The notes beneath the pieces are model-generated. The model saw nothing but the letters and a program-made list of their open reading frames with translations, was not told the origin of the DNA and made no database searches. DNA of 64,000 nt from the human T2T-CHM13v2.0 reference genome, Homo sapiens, in NCBI RefSeq assembly GCF_009914755.1, contig NC_060928.1, one strand, 5' to 3'. Position numbers and translations under genes: made by a program. Of the stretch, positions 25,898 to 45,672 are shown one piece after another. The first letter of the stretch is position 1. Every line of letters begins with the position of its first letter.

Positions 25898-27689
25898 GCA
25901 GGGGGGGGACCTCCCTTGGGAGATCAATCCCCTGTTCTCCTGCTCTTTGCTCTGTGAGAAAGATCCACCTACGACCTCAGGTCCTCAGACTGACCAGCCC
26001 AAGAAACATCTCACCAATTTCAAATCTGGGAAGCAGCTTCTTTTTACTCTCTTCTCCAACCTCCCTCACTATCCCTCAACCTCTTTCTCCTTTCAATCTT
26101 GGCGCCACACTTCAATCTCTCCCTTCTCTTAATTTCAATTCCTTTCATTTTCTGGTAGAGACAAAGGAGACACGTTTTATCCGTGGAGCCAAAATTCCGG
26201 CGCCTGTCACAGACTAGGGAAGGCAGCCTTTCCTTGGTGTTTAATCATTGCAGGGACACCTCTCTGATTATTCAGCCAGGCTTCAGAGGTGTCAGACCAC
26301 GCAGGGACGTCTGACTTGGTCCTTCACCCTTAGTGGCAAGTCCCGCTTTTCTGGGGGAAGGGGCAAGAACCCCTCAACCCCTTCTCCTTCACCCTTAGCA
26401 GCAAGTCCCGCTTTTCTGGGGGAGGGGCAGGAACCCCCTCTTATCTCTGTGCCCCGATCCTTTATTTCCATGCCCCAAACTCTTATCTCTGTGACCCTAT
26501 CCCTTATTTCCGTGACCTGACCTCTTAGCTCTGCACCCCAACCCCTTATTTCTGTGCTCTGACCTCTTAGCTCTGCACCACAACCCTTTATTTCTACACC
26601 CCAACCCCTTTCTCGCTTTTCTGGAAGGCAAGAACCCCCCACCCCTTATCTCTGTGTCTCTACTCTCTCTTTTCCCTAGGCTTACCTCCTTCACTATGGG
26701 CAAGTTTCTGCCCTCCATTCCCCCTTCTTCTCCCTTAGCCTGTGTTCTTAAAAACCTAAAACCTCTTCAACTCACACCTGACCTAAAACCTAAATGCCTT
26801 ATTTTCTTCCACAATGCCTCTTGACCCCAATACAAACTCGACAGTATTTCCAAATATCTAGAAAATGACACTTTCAATTTTTCCATCCTACAAGATCTAG
26901 ATATTTCTTGTCGTAAAATGGGCAAACGGTCTGAGGTGACTGACGTCCAGGCATTCTTTTACACATCGGTCCCTCCCTAGTCTGTTCCTAGTGCAACTCA
27001 TCCCAAATATTCCTTCTTTCCGTCCCACCTGTCCCCTCAGTCCCAACCACAAGCGTCACTGAGTCTTTCTAATCTTCCTTTTCTGCAGACTAACCTGACA
27101 TCTCCCCTCCTCACCAGGCTGAGCTAGGCCCCAATTCTTCCTCAGCCTCCGCTCCTCCACCCTATAATCCTTTTATCACCTCCCCTCCTCACACCAGCTC
27201 CAGCTTACAGTTTCATTCCATGACTAGCCCTCCTCCACCTGCCCAGCCATTTCCTCTTAATAAGGTGTCTGGAGCTAAAGGCACAGTCAAGGTTAATGCT
27301 CCTTTTTCTTTATCCCAAATCAGATAGGGTTTAGGCTCTTTTTCATCAAATATGAAAATCCAGCCCAGTTCGTGGCTCATTTGGCAGCAACCCTGAGATG
27401 CTTTACAGCCCTAGACCTTAAAAGGTCAACAGGCCGTCTTATTCTCAATCTACATTGTATTACCCAATCTGCTCCCGACATTAAATAAAGCTCTGAAAAT
27501 TAAATTCTGGCCCTCAAACCCCACAACAGGACTTAATTAACCTCGCCTTCAAGGTGTACAATAATAGAGTAGAGGCAGCCAAGAAGCAACATATTTCTGA
27601 GTTGTAATTCTTTTCCTCCACAGTGAGACAAACCCCAGCCATATCTCCAGCACACAAGAACTTCCAAACGTCTAAAACGCAGTGACCAG

Positions 27690-30330
27690 GTGTTCCTCCA
27701 GAACCGCCTCCCCCAGGAGCTTGCTACAAGTGCCAGAAAGCTGGCCACCAGGCCAAGGAATGCCCACAGCCCGGGATTCCTCCTAAGCCATGTCCCATCT
27801 GTGCAGGACCCCACTAGAAATTGGACTGTTCCATTCACCTGGCAGCCACTCCCAGAGCCCCTGAAACTCTGGCCCAAGGCTCTCTGACTGACTCCTTCCC
27901 AGATCTTCTTGGCTTAGCAGCTGAAGACTGACAATGCCTGATCGATCACTTCGGAAGCCTACAGGACCATCACAGACGCTCTAGGTAACTCTCACAGTGG
28001 AGGGTAAGTCCGTCCCCTTCTTAATCAATACGGAGGCTACCCACTCCACATTACCTTCTTTTCAAGGACCTGTTTCCCTTGCCTCCATAACTGTTGTGGG
28101 TATTGACGGCCAGGCTTCTAAACCTCTTAAAACTCCCCAAATCTGGTGCCAACTTAGACAATACTCTTTTAAGCACTCCTTTTTAGTTGTCCCCACCTGC
28201 CCAGTTCCCTTATTAGGCTGAGACACTTTAACTAAATTATCTGCTTCCCTGAGTATTCCTGGACTATAGCTACATCTCATTGCCACCCACCTTAACCCAC
28301 AATTAGGAGATACCTCTACTCCCTCCTTGGCGACCGATCATGCACCCCTTACCATCTCATTAAAACCTAATCACCCTTACCCCTCTCAATGCCAATATCA
28401 CATCCCAGAGCATGCTTTGAAAGGATTAAAGCCTGTTATCACTCGCCTGCTACAGCATGGCCTTTTAAAGCCTATAAACTCTCTTTACAATTCCCCCATT
28501 TTACCTGTCCTAAAAGCAGACAAGCCTTACAAGTTAGTTCAGGATCTATGCCTTATCAACCAAATTGTTTTGCCTCTCCACCCCATGGTGCCAAACGCAT
28601 ATACTCTCCTATCCTCAATTCCTCCCTCCACAACCCATTATTCTGTTCTGGATCTCAAGTATGCTTTCTTTACTATTCCTTTGCACCCTTCATCCCAGCC
28701 TCTCTTTGCTTTCACTTGGACTGACCCTGACACCCATCAGGCTCAGCAAATTACCTGGGCTGTACTGACGCAAAGCTTCACAGACAGCCCCCATTACTTC
28801 AGTCAAGCTCAAATTTCTCCCTTATCTGTTACTTATCTCAGCATAATTCTCATAAGAACACATGTGCTCTCCCTGCCGATCGTGTCCGACTAATCTCTCA
28901 AACCCCAACCCCAGCTACAAAACAACTCCTTTCCTTCCTGGGCATGGTTGGATACTTTTGCCTTTAGATACCTGGTTTTGCCATCCTAACAAAACCATTA
29001 TATAAACTCAAAAAAGGAAACCTAGCTGACCCCATAGATCTTAAATCCTTTCCCCACTCCTCTTTCTGTTCCTTGAAGACAGCTTTAAAGACTGCCCCCA
29101 CCCTAGCTCTCCCTGACTCATCCCCACCCTTTTCATTACACACAACCGAAATGCAGCGCTGTGCAGTCGAAATTCTTACACAAGGACCACGATTGCCTCC
29201 TGTAGGCTTTTTGTCCAAACAACTTGACCTTACTGTTTTAGGCTGGCCATTATATCTCCGTGCAGTGGCTGCTGCTGCCCTAATACTTTTAGAGGCCCTT
29301 AAAATCACAAACCATGCTCAACTCACTCTCTACAGTTCTCATAATTTCCAAAATCTATTTTCTTCCTCACACCTGATGCATATACTTTCTGCTCCCCGGC
29401 TCCTTCAGCTGTACTCACTCTTTGTTAAGTCTCCCATAAGTACCATTGTTCCTGGCCCGGACTTCAATCCGGCCTCCCACATTATTCCTGATACCACACC
29501 TGACCCTCATGACTGTATCTCTCTGATCCACCTGACATTCTCGCCATTTCCCCACATTTCCTTCTACCCTGTTTCTCACCCTGATCACACTTAGTTTATT
29601 GATGGCAGTTCCACCAGGCCTACTCGCCACACACCAGCAAAGGCAGGCTATGCTATAGTACAAGCCACTAGCCCGCCTCTTAGAAACTCTTATTTCCTTT
29701 CCATTGTGGAAATCTATCCTCAAAGAAATAACTTCTCAGTGTTCCATCTGCTATTCTACTACTCCTCAGGGATTATTCAGGCCCCCTCCCTTCCCTACAC
29801 ATCAAGCTCAGGGATTTGCCCCCACCCAGGACTGACATAATAGCTTTACTCAACGTGCCCCGATTCAGGAAACTAAAACACCTTTTGGTCTAGGTAGACA
29901 CTTTCACTGGATAGGTAGAGTCCTTTCCCACAGGGTCTAAGAAGGCCACCACGGTCATTTCTTCCCTTCTGTCAGACATAATTCCTCAGTTTGGCCTTCC
30001 CACCTCTATACAGTCCAATAGTAGACTGGCCTTTATTAGTCAAATCAGCCAAACATTGTTTCAGGCTCTTAGTATTCAGTGAAACCTTTATATCCTTTAC
30101 AGTCCTCAGTCTTCAGGAAAGGTAGAACAGACTAATGGTCTTTTAAAAGCACACCTCACCAAGCTCAGCCACCAACTAAAAAAGGACTGGACAATACTTT
30201 TAGCACTTTCCCTTCTCAGAAGTCAGGCCTGTCCTTGGAATGCTACAAGGTACAGCCCATTTGAGCTCCTGTATAGACGCTCCTTTTTATTAGGCCCCAG
30301 TCTCATTCCAGACACCAGACCAACTTGGAC
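27690..30330 (+). pseudogene. HERV-H gag C-terminus/pro/pol remnants
   Basis: CCHC knuckle near 27722 ([14 protein letters not shown]), protease-like FLINTEATHS, RT LVQDL...SVLDLKYAFF with the YxDD segment deleted, and integrase remnants with stops. Confidence 0.88.
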
Positions 30331-30910
30331 TGTGCCCCAAAAAACTTGTCATCCCTACTATCTTCTGTCTAGTCATACTCCTATTCATCGTTCTCAACAA
30401 CTCATACATGTCCTGCTCTTGTTTACACTGGTGGTTTACACTGTTTCTCCAAGCCATCACAGCTGATATCTACTGTTACTATCCCCAAACCACCACTCTT
30501 AACTCTAAAATACATAATCTTTGCTGGCAAGGCTATGCTGAACCTCCTTAGGCACTCTCTAATTAGATGTCCTAGGTCCTCCCAATTCTTAGTCCTTTAA
30601 TACCTGTTTTTCTCCTTCTCTTATTCTGTTTAGTTTTTCAATTCATACAAAACTGTATCCAAGCCATCACCAATAATTCTAAATGACAAATGTTTCTTCT
30701 AACAACCCAACAATATCACCCCTTACCACAAAATCTTCCTTCAGCTTAATCTCTCCCACTCTAGGTTCCCATGCTGCCCCTAATCCCGCTCAAAGCAGCC
30801 CTGAGAAACATCGCCCATTACCTCTCCATACCATCCCCAAAAATTTTTGCCGTCCCAACACTTTACCACTATTTCGTTTTATTTTTCTTATTAATATAAG
30901 AAGACAGGAA

Positions 30911-31647
<737 letters not shown>

Positions 31648-33010
31648 TAGATGTACAGCCTACCTAAAATACTCCAGGATAATCTCATCTCAAGATCCTT
31701 AACTTAATTACATCTGCAAAAACGCTTTTTCCAAATAATGCCACCTCCACGGATTCTAGGCACAAGGATCTGGATATATCTTGTGCAAAGCCACCATTCA
31801 GCTCACTACACTAGAAAGAGGAAAAACAACGAAGTAACAAAAGGTGCAGAAGAAAGAACAGATGCAGCTTGTGTGGCAGTGGCCATCAAGGCAGGCTGGG
31901 GTAAAACTGTATCAACAGAACCCCCGATGGAACTCAAGTGCGGCCGTCTGCTCCCAGCTACTCACAGAGAACCTTTCTGTTTCTGACAGCAGAGTAAGAG
32001 AAGAGGTGGGAAGAGAGAGAGCCCATTCTCTGTTGGCCTAATTCCTAACGAATCATGCCTCTGCCTTCGGGCCATTCTCAAGTCTTGTTCAAGGATAAAA
32101 TGATTTATTGATGGCCGTAATTATAAAGCAATGCCAACAGAAGCAGCGTCAGCATTTTTCATTTGTACTTACACATGAGCAAGAGCAGTTTAGGGAAACG
32201 GGTGCCTTCAGGTTCTGTTTTCTCCATCTAGAAAAGGGCTGCCTTCATGGAATGCTGGTCCTGGGGAGAAGCCTCATTTCTGTAGCAGGAATTGACAGTT
32301 TTAAATTCCGATTGGTACATGGAGCTACCCGTCCTCATTTCAAGCACTTCTGGTTTGTTCTGGGTTCAGTGGGTGAGCAATGAGGAGAACTCTGGGGAGG
32401 AGGATTTGGGGTGAGCGTGGTTTTGATACCCAGAGAGAGCTGTTTTTCCATCAATGTCTTGAATGTGATTCAGAATGGGCTTCTCCGCTCAAGATGGGAG
32501 TACTCGGCTGATTTAAGGCGGGTGATTGATTTGTTTTGGTGGCTCTTTTTATACTAGCTGGTTAACGAGCTATTTTCTTCATTAGTTTCAGGCATGTGAG
32601 CTTAATGAAGCATTGGACCTCCCAAATTACAAGGAAAATAAAGATTTAGCTTATATGGTAGGTTCGAAGGAGTTAGTGAACAAACACAGTAGGGCCACAA
32701 ATTATTGTTAAAGACATGAATGCATGAAAGTGTATCTATGTCCAAATGGACTCTCTGCAACCATACTGTTCCACCTGAAAATTAGTAGATAGAAATTCAG
32801 CAAATGCTTGGACAGGGGATACTCTCAGAAGTATTCTGACTAAATAGCATGGTTTCTTTTCATATTACTAAAGTAATTTCTTCCCAAATTGACTCTGGAC
32901 TAAATCTTATGATACCTACTTGTTCTGATTATACTTAGTCACCTGCAAATAAGGTGGGGGCAGTGGTAAGAGGAGCTGTTGAATGAAATTAAACATTTGT
33001 TGGATGCCTA

Positions 33011-33453
<443 letters not shown>

Positions 33454-33743
33454 GGAAATAAGATTGGTGTTGAATGGGAAATCTAAGCAGGATGGAATGG
33501 CAGGAGAGCGCCCACTTGCCCAGCTCCAATAACACTTTTGACAGCCATGACAATATTGCAGGGACGCCCATTCCTCATGGTATCTGAAGCCCCATGAAGG
33601 CTTGTGTCTGGAGGCTGCTTCAGTCTTGACTTTAAGATCAGGGGATACAAGGAATGATTTTCATCCATCCCAAGCCAATAGTCCAGCCAAAAATCCAGCT
33701 CTGAGATGATGAGAAACAGCAAGTCATGAACCATGTCAGCCAC

Positions 33744-33744
<1 letters not shown>

Positions 33745-33789
<45 letters not shown>
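33745..33789. repeat. (TCA)15 microsatellite
   Basis: Perfect trinucleotide run. Confidence 0.95.
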
Positions 33790-33792
<3 letters not shown>

Positions 33793-33897
33793 ACAAAAAA
33801 CAGACCTGTAACCGTCTTGTGTGCCTGGCTCTTGTCTTAATTCAAAATATAGAAGTAAATTCTATGGCCAGTGAACAATGACCAAAATAGCTCTCAT

Positions 33898-34022
33898 CAC
33901 ACTTGTCTGTCACCATGTAAGATGTGCCTTTTGCCTTCCACCATGATTTTGAGGCTTCTTCAGCCACATGGAACTGTGAGCCCATTAAACCTCTTTTTCT
34001 TTATAAATTACCCAGTCTTGAG
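33898..34022 (+). mobile_element. MST/THE1-type MaLR LTR fragment
   Basis: ccatgtaagatgtgcc...cagccacatggaactgtgag...ttataaattacccagtct. Confidence 0.75.
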
Positions 34023-34573
34023 TAATAAAAGAGTGGTTTGTCCACAACATCAATGAACAATGCTATCACCTGTTCCAAACACGTATCATTTAAGAGGTTT
34101 GGAAAAACAACAACCTAAAATAAATAAGCACTAACCAAACTCATGGCTACATAATCCCTGTGGTGAGGTAACTGACAATGGATACAACTGGGACAGTTTA
34201 ATATTAAATCACCTCTATCTACATGTGCCCAAGCAGTGAGATACTTGGTTTTAATCCTAAAAAATCACAGTGCACATTTACTCCTGCCTTCCAACTGGGC
34301 TCTAACGTCACCTCCTCAGAGAAGCCCTCTTTTCTGTGCTTCCATTCTGCTTTTTTTCAGTATTTAGTAGAGCATCAGTCACCACCCATATCTGGGAACA
34401 ATGATTGTAAGTAACAGAAACCCATTTGCATGAGCTGGAGGGAAAGGAGCACACCTTATCTCTAACAGGCAAACTCATGGGCACAAGAAACAAATGAGAG
34501 GCCATGAGAGAATGGAAACTGCAGTTACAGAAACCAAAATGCCTCTTTCTGGCTCTCAGAAGCCCATGGTCTC

Positions 34574-35680
<1,107 letters not shown>

Positions 35681-36507
35681 GACTCTGCAAGTATTTAAGT
35701 GAATGAACGTCAGTCCCTGAGAATCAGAAGAAAGGCATTAAATCTCCGTTAGGTTTAATCATGGTCAACAGCTGTGGGGTGTCCTGGGTTTGGGATCAGT
35801 GGGATGAGGAACAAGCAGGTTCTCCAAACCACCACTCAGGGAGGGGAGGTGTTAACTAGGCCAAAGATGACAGGTGGGTACGTGCCTGGGTTTCAAACAG
35901 CTTATGCCAGGCCTAAAAACTGACGCTGAGGCAGAAACTGTATTAAGCAAATTTATGACACAATGGAGGGGGTCAAAAAGTTTAATATTGATCAGAAGAA
36001 TACAAATATTAATCATGCAATATGTTATGGCTATCACGCCATCTCCTGCTACATGCCAGGTTTCCTTTACCATGAGATAGAAGAGATTTGTGGATCTGAC
36101 CTAACCCTCCAAATTGTAAGGTCCCTGAGAGTGGACTCATGACATTCATGTTTTATAAATGTGGCATAAAGGCTCACGCTGGCTGCCATGTGGCCCAATG
36201 CCAGTTTGATGCTGCATTCAAAGAACCATCATTCCAGCATCCAAGCATACTTAAAGGCAATTGAAATGTTTACCGACGTCCCTCAAGACAAACACCAAAG
36301 AAAAATTATTTTCAAAAGGCATAGCAACACTTCTTAAAATCTTATTTTCCCGCTTCTTTCTGTCTCTCTACCACATTCCCAAGAGTTTCCCAGGAGTAAA
36401 ACTATCATAAAGACCCAGGAGCAAAATGATTAATGACTTCACTATATCTGATTCTGATTTAGTTGGTTTAGAGTGGTGTCCGGGCATACGTATTTTTTAA
36501 AATCTTG

Positions 36508-37340
<833 letters not shown>

Positions 37341-37445
37341 TGACTAGAATTGATTATAGAACATCAACTCAATTTGAGTCTATAAAGATTCCTGGTGGAG
37401 GGGGGCAATGGGGAGAAGGAGAAAGAGAATATATTTGTGACCTAG

Positions 37446-38155
<710 letters not shown>

Positions 38156-38979
38156 TATTTTCCTTAGTTTTCAGAGAACCTTTGTGTCCCCTGGGTGTTC
38201 TAGCCCAGTATATCTCAAACTTTGCTGCACTGAGGACCTTGTTGAAATGCAGGTTCTCATCTGCGAGGCTCAGTGGGCCAGCAAATCGGCATTGGTTTAG
38301 GAAGCTCACCCTGAGTATCAAGCTTCAGTGAGGACCAGGCAGGCCCCTGCCTGCCAACCCAGCTGGGCTTAACTCTGGCTCTCTCCTGCCAGGGTTCCTC
38401 CCCTCAAAATAGGAGCTATTTTCAAAAAGTCTCTTGGAAAAAAAGCCCTGTTTTAAAATTGGGGTGTTCAGGATTGGCCATCTGCTCACCATGGGGTTTT
38501 AAGACCTTTGCCCAGACCCCTGCAACCAACTTAGAACTGACATCTTTACTCTTGAAGGCCCCACTCCACACCATATTAAATTCATTAAAATCCACCCCCA
38601 TTACAGGCATATCTCAGGCATCACGCCCTCAGAACGGAGTTGCAGCTGACCACTTGACAGTGTTGTAAAGCATTAAACATGCATTCATTTCAGCCTTGCA
38701 GTTTGCACATTTAGGAGCCAATTGTCTTAGGTCTAAAGCATTCATGTCAAAGCATTGTTATGGGCCCCAGACACTATGCTTCCCAGCCTTCATGGCCTCT
38801 GCAATGCTGGTTCCTACTGCCCCACCCCTGGGTTCTGGCCGGCTAGCTCATGCCACCTCACTGCTCCCCCATTCAAGTGTGCCTTCGATGTGTGGTTTCC
38901 AAACTCATCTACACTTTAAGGTCACATGCGATTTTTTTTTAAATCTTCCAAAACCCAGGCCACACCCAAGAACAATTGA

Positions 38980-39313
<334 letters not shown>

Positions 39314-39924
39314 ACATCAGCATCTGTATTTTTTGAAGCACAGATGAGTTTGGGAACTACCGCCCTAGACTGAGCTCGGTTTCCTAGCCCTGTCTGACCG
39401 TAGGATTCGGCTGGGCTGCTTCTGAAAACAGAGCTCCCCAGGCTCCTTCCCAGGTAATTCTGATTCATTAGGTCTGGGGTGGGCCCCGGAATGTGCATTT
39501 TTTATGAGATCCCTCTGGATGAATCAAGCTAAAGCCAGTATGGGATCTGAGACCTTGGAGATCATTCCCCAACCTCCCTCCTAACCCAGTTCCCAGCTTG
39601 ACCCACCTCACCCAGGCTGTGTCACGTCTGACTTTGCAGATTACACCTGAGAGGGAAGCCCCAGCCATCACAATGTGAGAACATTTTACAATGACGAGGA
39701 TATGCCAAACACATTTTAAATCATTCAGGATTAGCGTTCACCTTAAACTTGACAGACTCTGAGAACGGGCTGGCCACGTGCTGTGCACAACCCTTAGTGC
39801 TCTTCTGTGACTAATATTTGGATAATTGATAGTTGGAAGCTCAGGAAGCCTCTCTCTCTCAGAGGGGTCGAGGTTAACTTCTTTATTTCTGAGGTAGGGA
39901 AGAAAGTGAGGATGTTCTGCCTTT

Positions 39925-40640
39925 TGCCAGACTGAATACTGTCCTCCAAAAATTCACATTCACCAGGAATCCCAGAATGTGGCCTTATTAGAAAATAGGG
40001 GCAGGGCATGGTGGCTCATGCTTGTAGTCTTAACACTTTGGGAGGGTGAGGCAGGAGGATCACTTGATGTCAGGAGTTCAAGACCAGCCTGGCTAGCATG
40101 GCAAAACCCTGTCTCTACTAAAAACACAAAAATTAGCTAGACATGGTGGCATGCACCTGTAATCCCAGCTACTTTGGAGGCCGAGGCTGAAGAATCACTT
40201 GAACCCAGGAGGCAGAGTTGCAGCGAGCTGAGATTGTGTCACTGAACTCCAGCCTGGGCAACAGAGCAAGACTCCATCTCAAAAAAAAAAGAAAAGAAAA
40301 TAGGGTCACTGCAGATCTAATTACAAAGAGGTCATATTGGAATAGCGTGGACCTTAAATCGAATAATAATGGCATCCTCATGGGAAGAGAAGAAGAGACA
40401 GAGACATACAGGAGAGAAGGCCACATGAGAATGAAGGAAGAAAATAGAATGATGTGGCCACAAGCCAAGGATTGCCAGCAACTACCAGAAGCCAGAAGAG
40501 GCAAGGAAGTATTCATCCCTAGAAACTTCAGAGGGAGCACGGCCCTGCCCGTTTCAGACATCAAGCTTCTGGAACGGGAGAGAATGACTTTCTGTTGTCT
40601 TGAGCCACCCATTTGGGGAACTTTGTTAGAACAGTCACAG
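39925..40640 (+). mobile_element. MLT1-type MaLR LTR interrupted by an Alu (40000-40300)
   Basis: gaatgtggccttattagaaaatagg...ccacaagccaaggattgccagcaactaccagaagc. Alu flanked by duplicated agaaaataggg. Confidence 0.8.
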
Positions 40641-40690
40641 CCAGGTCATGTGCTCCTGGATGCATCTCAGGCATTAATAAGCACTGTCTT

Positions 40691-41530
<840 letters not shown>

Positions 41531-41752
41531 CATAGTTTTAAGTCCACTCAGTGGAGTTTAAAAATACATTCCCATTGCACAGTGCTTTAGGAAACCTTTC
41601 TAAACTTCTGTTGCACATGATCTAATTTGATCTTCATAGCAACTCCTTGAGGTGGATAGGGCAGGCCTTTCTGAACACCTATTTTCTAGTTTGCATTAAA
41701 AGAACGGAATTGGCTGGGACCAGTGGCTCATGCCTATAATCCCAGCACTTTG

Positions 41753-42711
<959 letters not shown>

Positions 42712-42797
42712 GACCCCATCTCTACAAAAAAAAAAGTAAACAAAAAAAAAAACCATTAAAAATTAGCCAGCTGTGGTGGCACACACCTGTAGTCTCA

Positions 42798-42938
<141 letters not shown>

Positions 42939-43479
42939 TCACTTCTCAAATAGCTAGCAGAGGCAGATCTGGTTCTCAAATGCAGGTTTTCCAGGTTTCA
43001 ATTCTTGTTTCTAGCAGTATTATGGAGAAACACGATCACTAATACATAAAGGAGAGGAGGATTCAAGTTCTGATGAAAAGATGGTAAAGAGAGGAGTTAG
43101 TTGACTAGGAGTGACTAGGAATGGGAAGAAAACGCATGACACTACTTACGGGAAAGAAGAAAAATAAGCATAGAGGTGACTGAGCGGACAGAAAGGACTT
43201 GGAAGAAGCGTGTTTGTCCCCGTCTCTGCATTTTTTCCCTTGCTTTAGTAACTTCCGTGATGACTTGGATGAATCTTCTCTTCCAGGGCACCTAGTGTTC
43301 CCTTTCTGTCCACTTCTCCCTTCCCAGGGCCCATACAGTCTGGGAAAGCATGCTCTGCAGGCTTCTCATATCTTTCCTTCCTTAATCAGCCCCTAGCGTC
43401 TCTACATAACCCATATACACCTGGAGTTCCACATGTCCCAGTCTTTGCACTGCAATGAATTCAAAGAAAGGTAGACTCT

Positions 43480-44300
<821 letters not shown>

Positions 44301-44509
44301 TAGTTTTCTTTTTCTCTTTGCCCATTCCCTGGATTCCATAAGCAGAAGGAAAACCCAGGGGCTGACTTTGTAGGCAAGACTCTTTCCTCTTCAAAACATA
44401 AATTGGTTCAAGTGGTAACAAAACTGAAACATGTTTATAACCTAACATCTTTTCTTCCTACCCCTTCAATCTCCTGAGCAATGAGAAAAGTTACTGGGTT
44501 CTTTATTTG

Positions 44510-45529
44510 TGTAGGGAAAAGAGAGATCAGACTGTCACTGTGTCTATGTAGAAAGGGAAGACATAAGAGACTCCATTTTGAAAAGGACCTGTACTTTAAA
44601 TAATTGCTTTGCTTAGATGTTGTTAATTTGTTGCTTTGCCCCAGCCACTTTGCCCCAGCTACTTTGACCCAACCTGGAGCTCACAAAAACATGTGTTGTA
44701 TGAAATCAAGGTTTAAGGGATCTAGGTCTGTGCAGGACGTGCCTTGTTAACAAAATGTTTACAAGCAGTATACTTGGTAAAAGTCATCACCATTCTCTAG
44801 TCTCAACAAACCAGGGGCATAATACACTGTGGAAAGCCGCAGCGACCTCTGCCCTTGAGAGCAAGGTATTGTCCAAGGTTTCTCCCTATGTGATAGTCTG
44901 AAATATGGCCTCATGGGATGCGAAAGACCTGACTGTCCCCCAGCCCGATACCCGTAAAGGGTCTGTGCTGAGGTGGATTAGTAAAAGAGGAAAGCCTCTT
45001 GCAGTTGAGATGGAGGAAGGCCACTGTCTCCTGCTTGCCCCTGGGAACTGAATGTCTCGGTGTAAAACCCGATTGTACATTTGTTCAACTCTGAGATAGG
45101 AGAAAAGCTGCCCTGTGGCAGGAGGCGAGACATGTTTGCAGCAATGCTGCCTTGTTATTCTTTACTCCACTGAGACGTTTGGGTGGAGAGACACATAAAT
45201 CTGGCCTACGTGCACATCCAGGCATAGTACCTTCCCTTGAACTTAATTATGATATAGATTATTTTGCTCACATGTTTTTTGTTGACTTTCTCCTTATTAT
45301 CACCCTGCTCTCCTACTACATTTCTTTTTGCTGAAATAATGAAAATCATAATCAATAAAAACTGAGGGAACTCAGAGGCCGGTGCCTGTGCAGGTCCTTG
45401 GTGTGCTGAGTGCCGGTCCTCTGGGCCCACTGTTGTTTCTCTATACTTTGTGTCTTATTTATTTTCTCCGTCTCTCATCCCACCCGACTTGAAATACCCA
45501 CAGGTGTGGAGGGGCAGGCCATCCCTTCA
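44510..45529 (+). repeat. HERV-K 5' LTR
   Basis: TGTAGGGAAAAG...CCCTTCA. Confidence 0.95.
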
Positions 45530-45531
45530 TC

Positions 45532-45549
45532 TGGTGCCCAACATGGGGC
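45532..45549 (+). promoter_or_regulatory. tRNA-Lys primer binding site
   Basis: TGGTGCCCAACATGGGGC immediately after the LTR. Confidence 0.92.
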
Positions 45550-45672
45550 CCTTCTCTAGGGTGAAGGTACCCTAAGAACGTGAGCATTGAGGACAGCCGA
45601 CGAGAGATTCCCGAGTACGTCCACAGTCAGCCTTGAGGTAAGCTTGTGCGCTCGGAGGAATCCAGGGTAACA

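Noticed and set aside
26320-26660. Short spaced repeats resembling a CRISPR array or novel minisatellite
   Set aside because: These are the degenerate ccccttatttctgtg tandem repeats normal to the HERV-H leader, with no unique spacers, in eukaryotic DNA.
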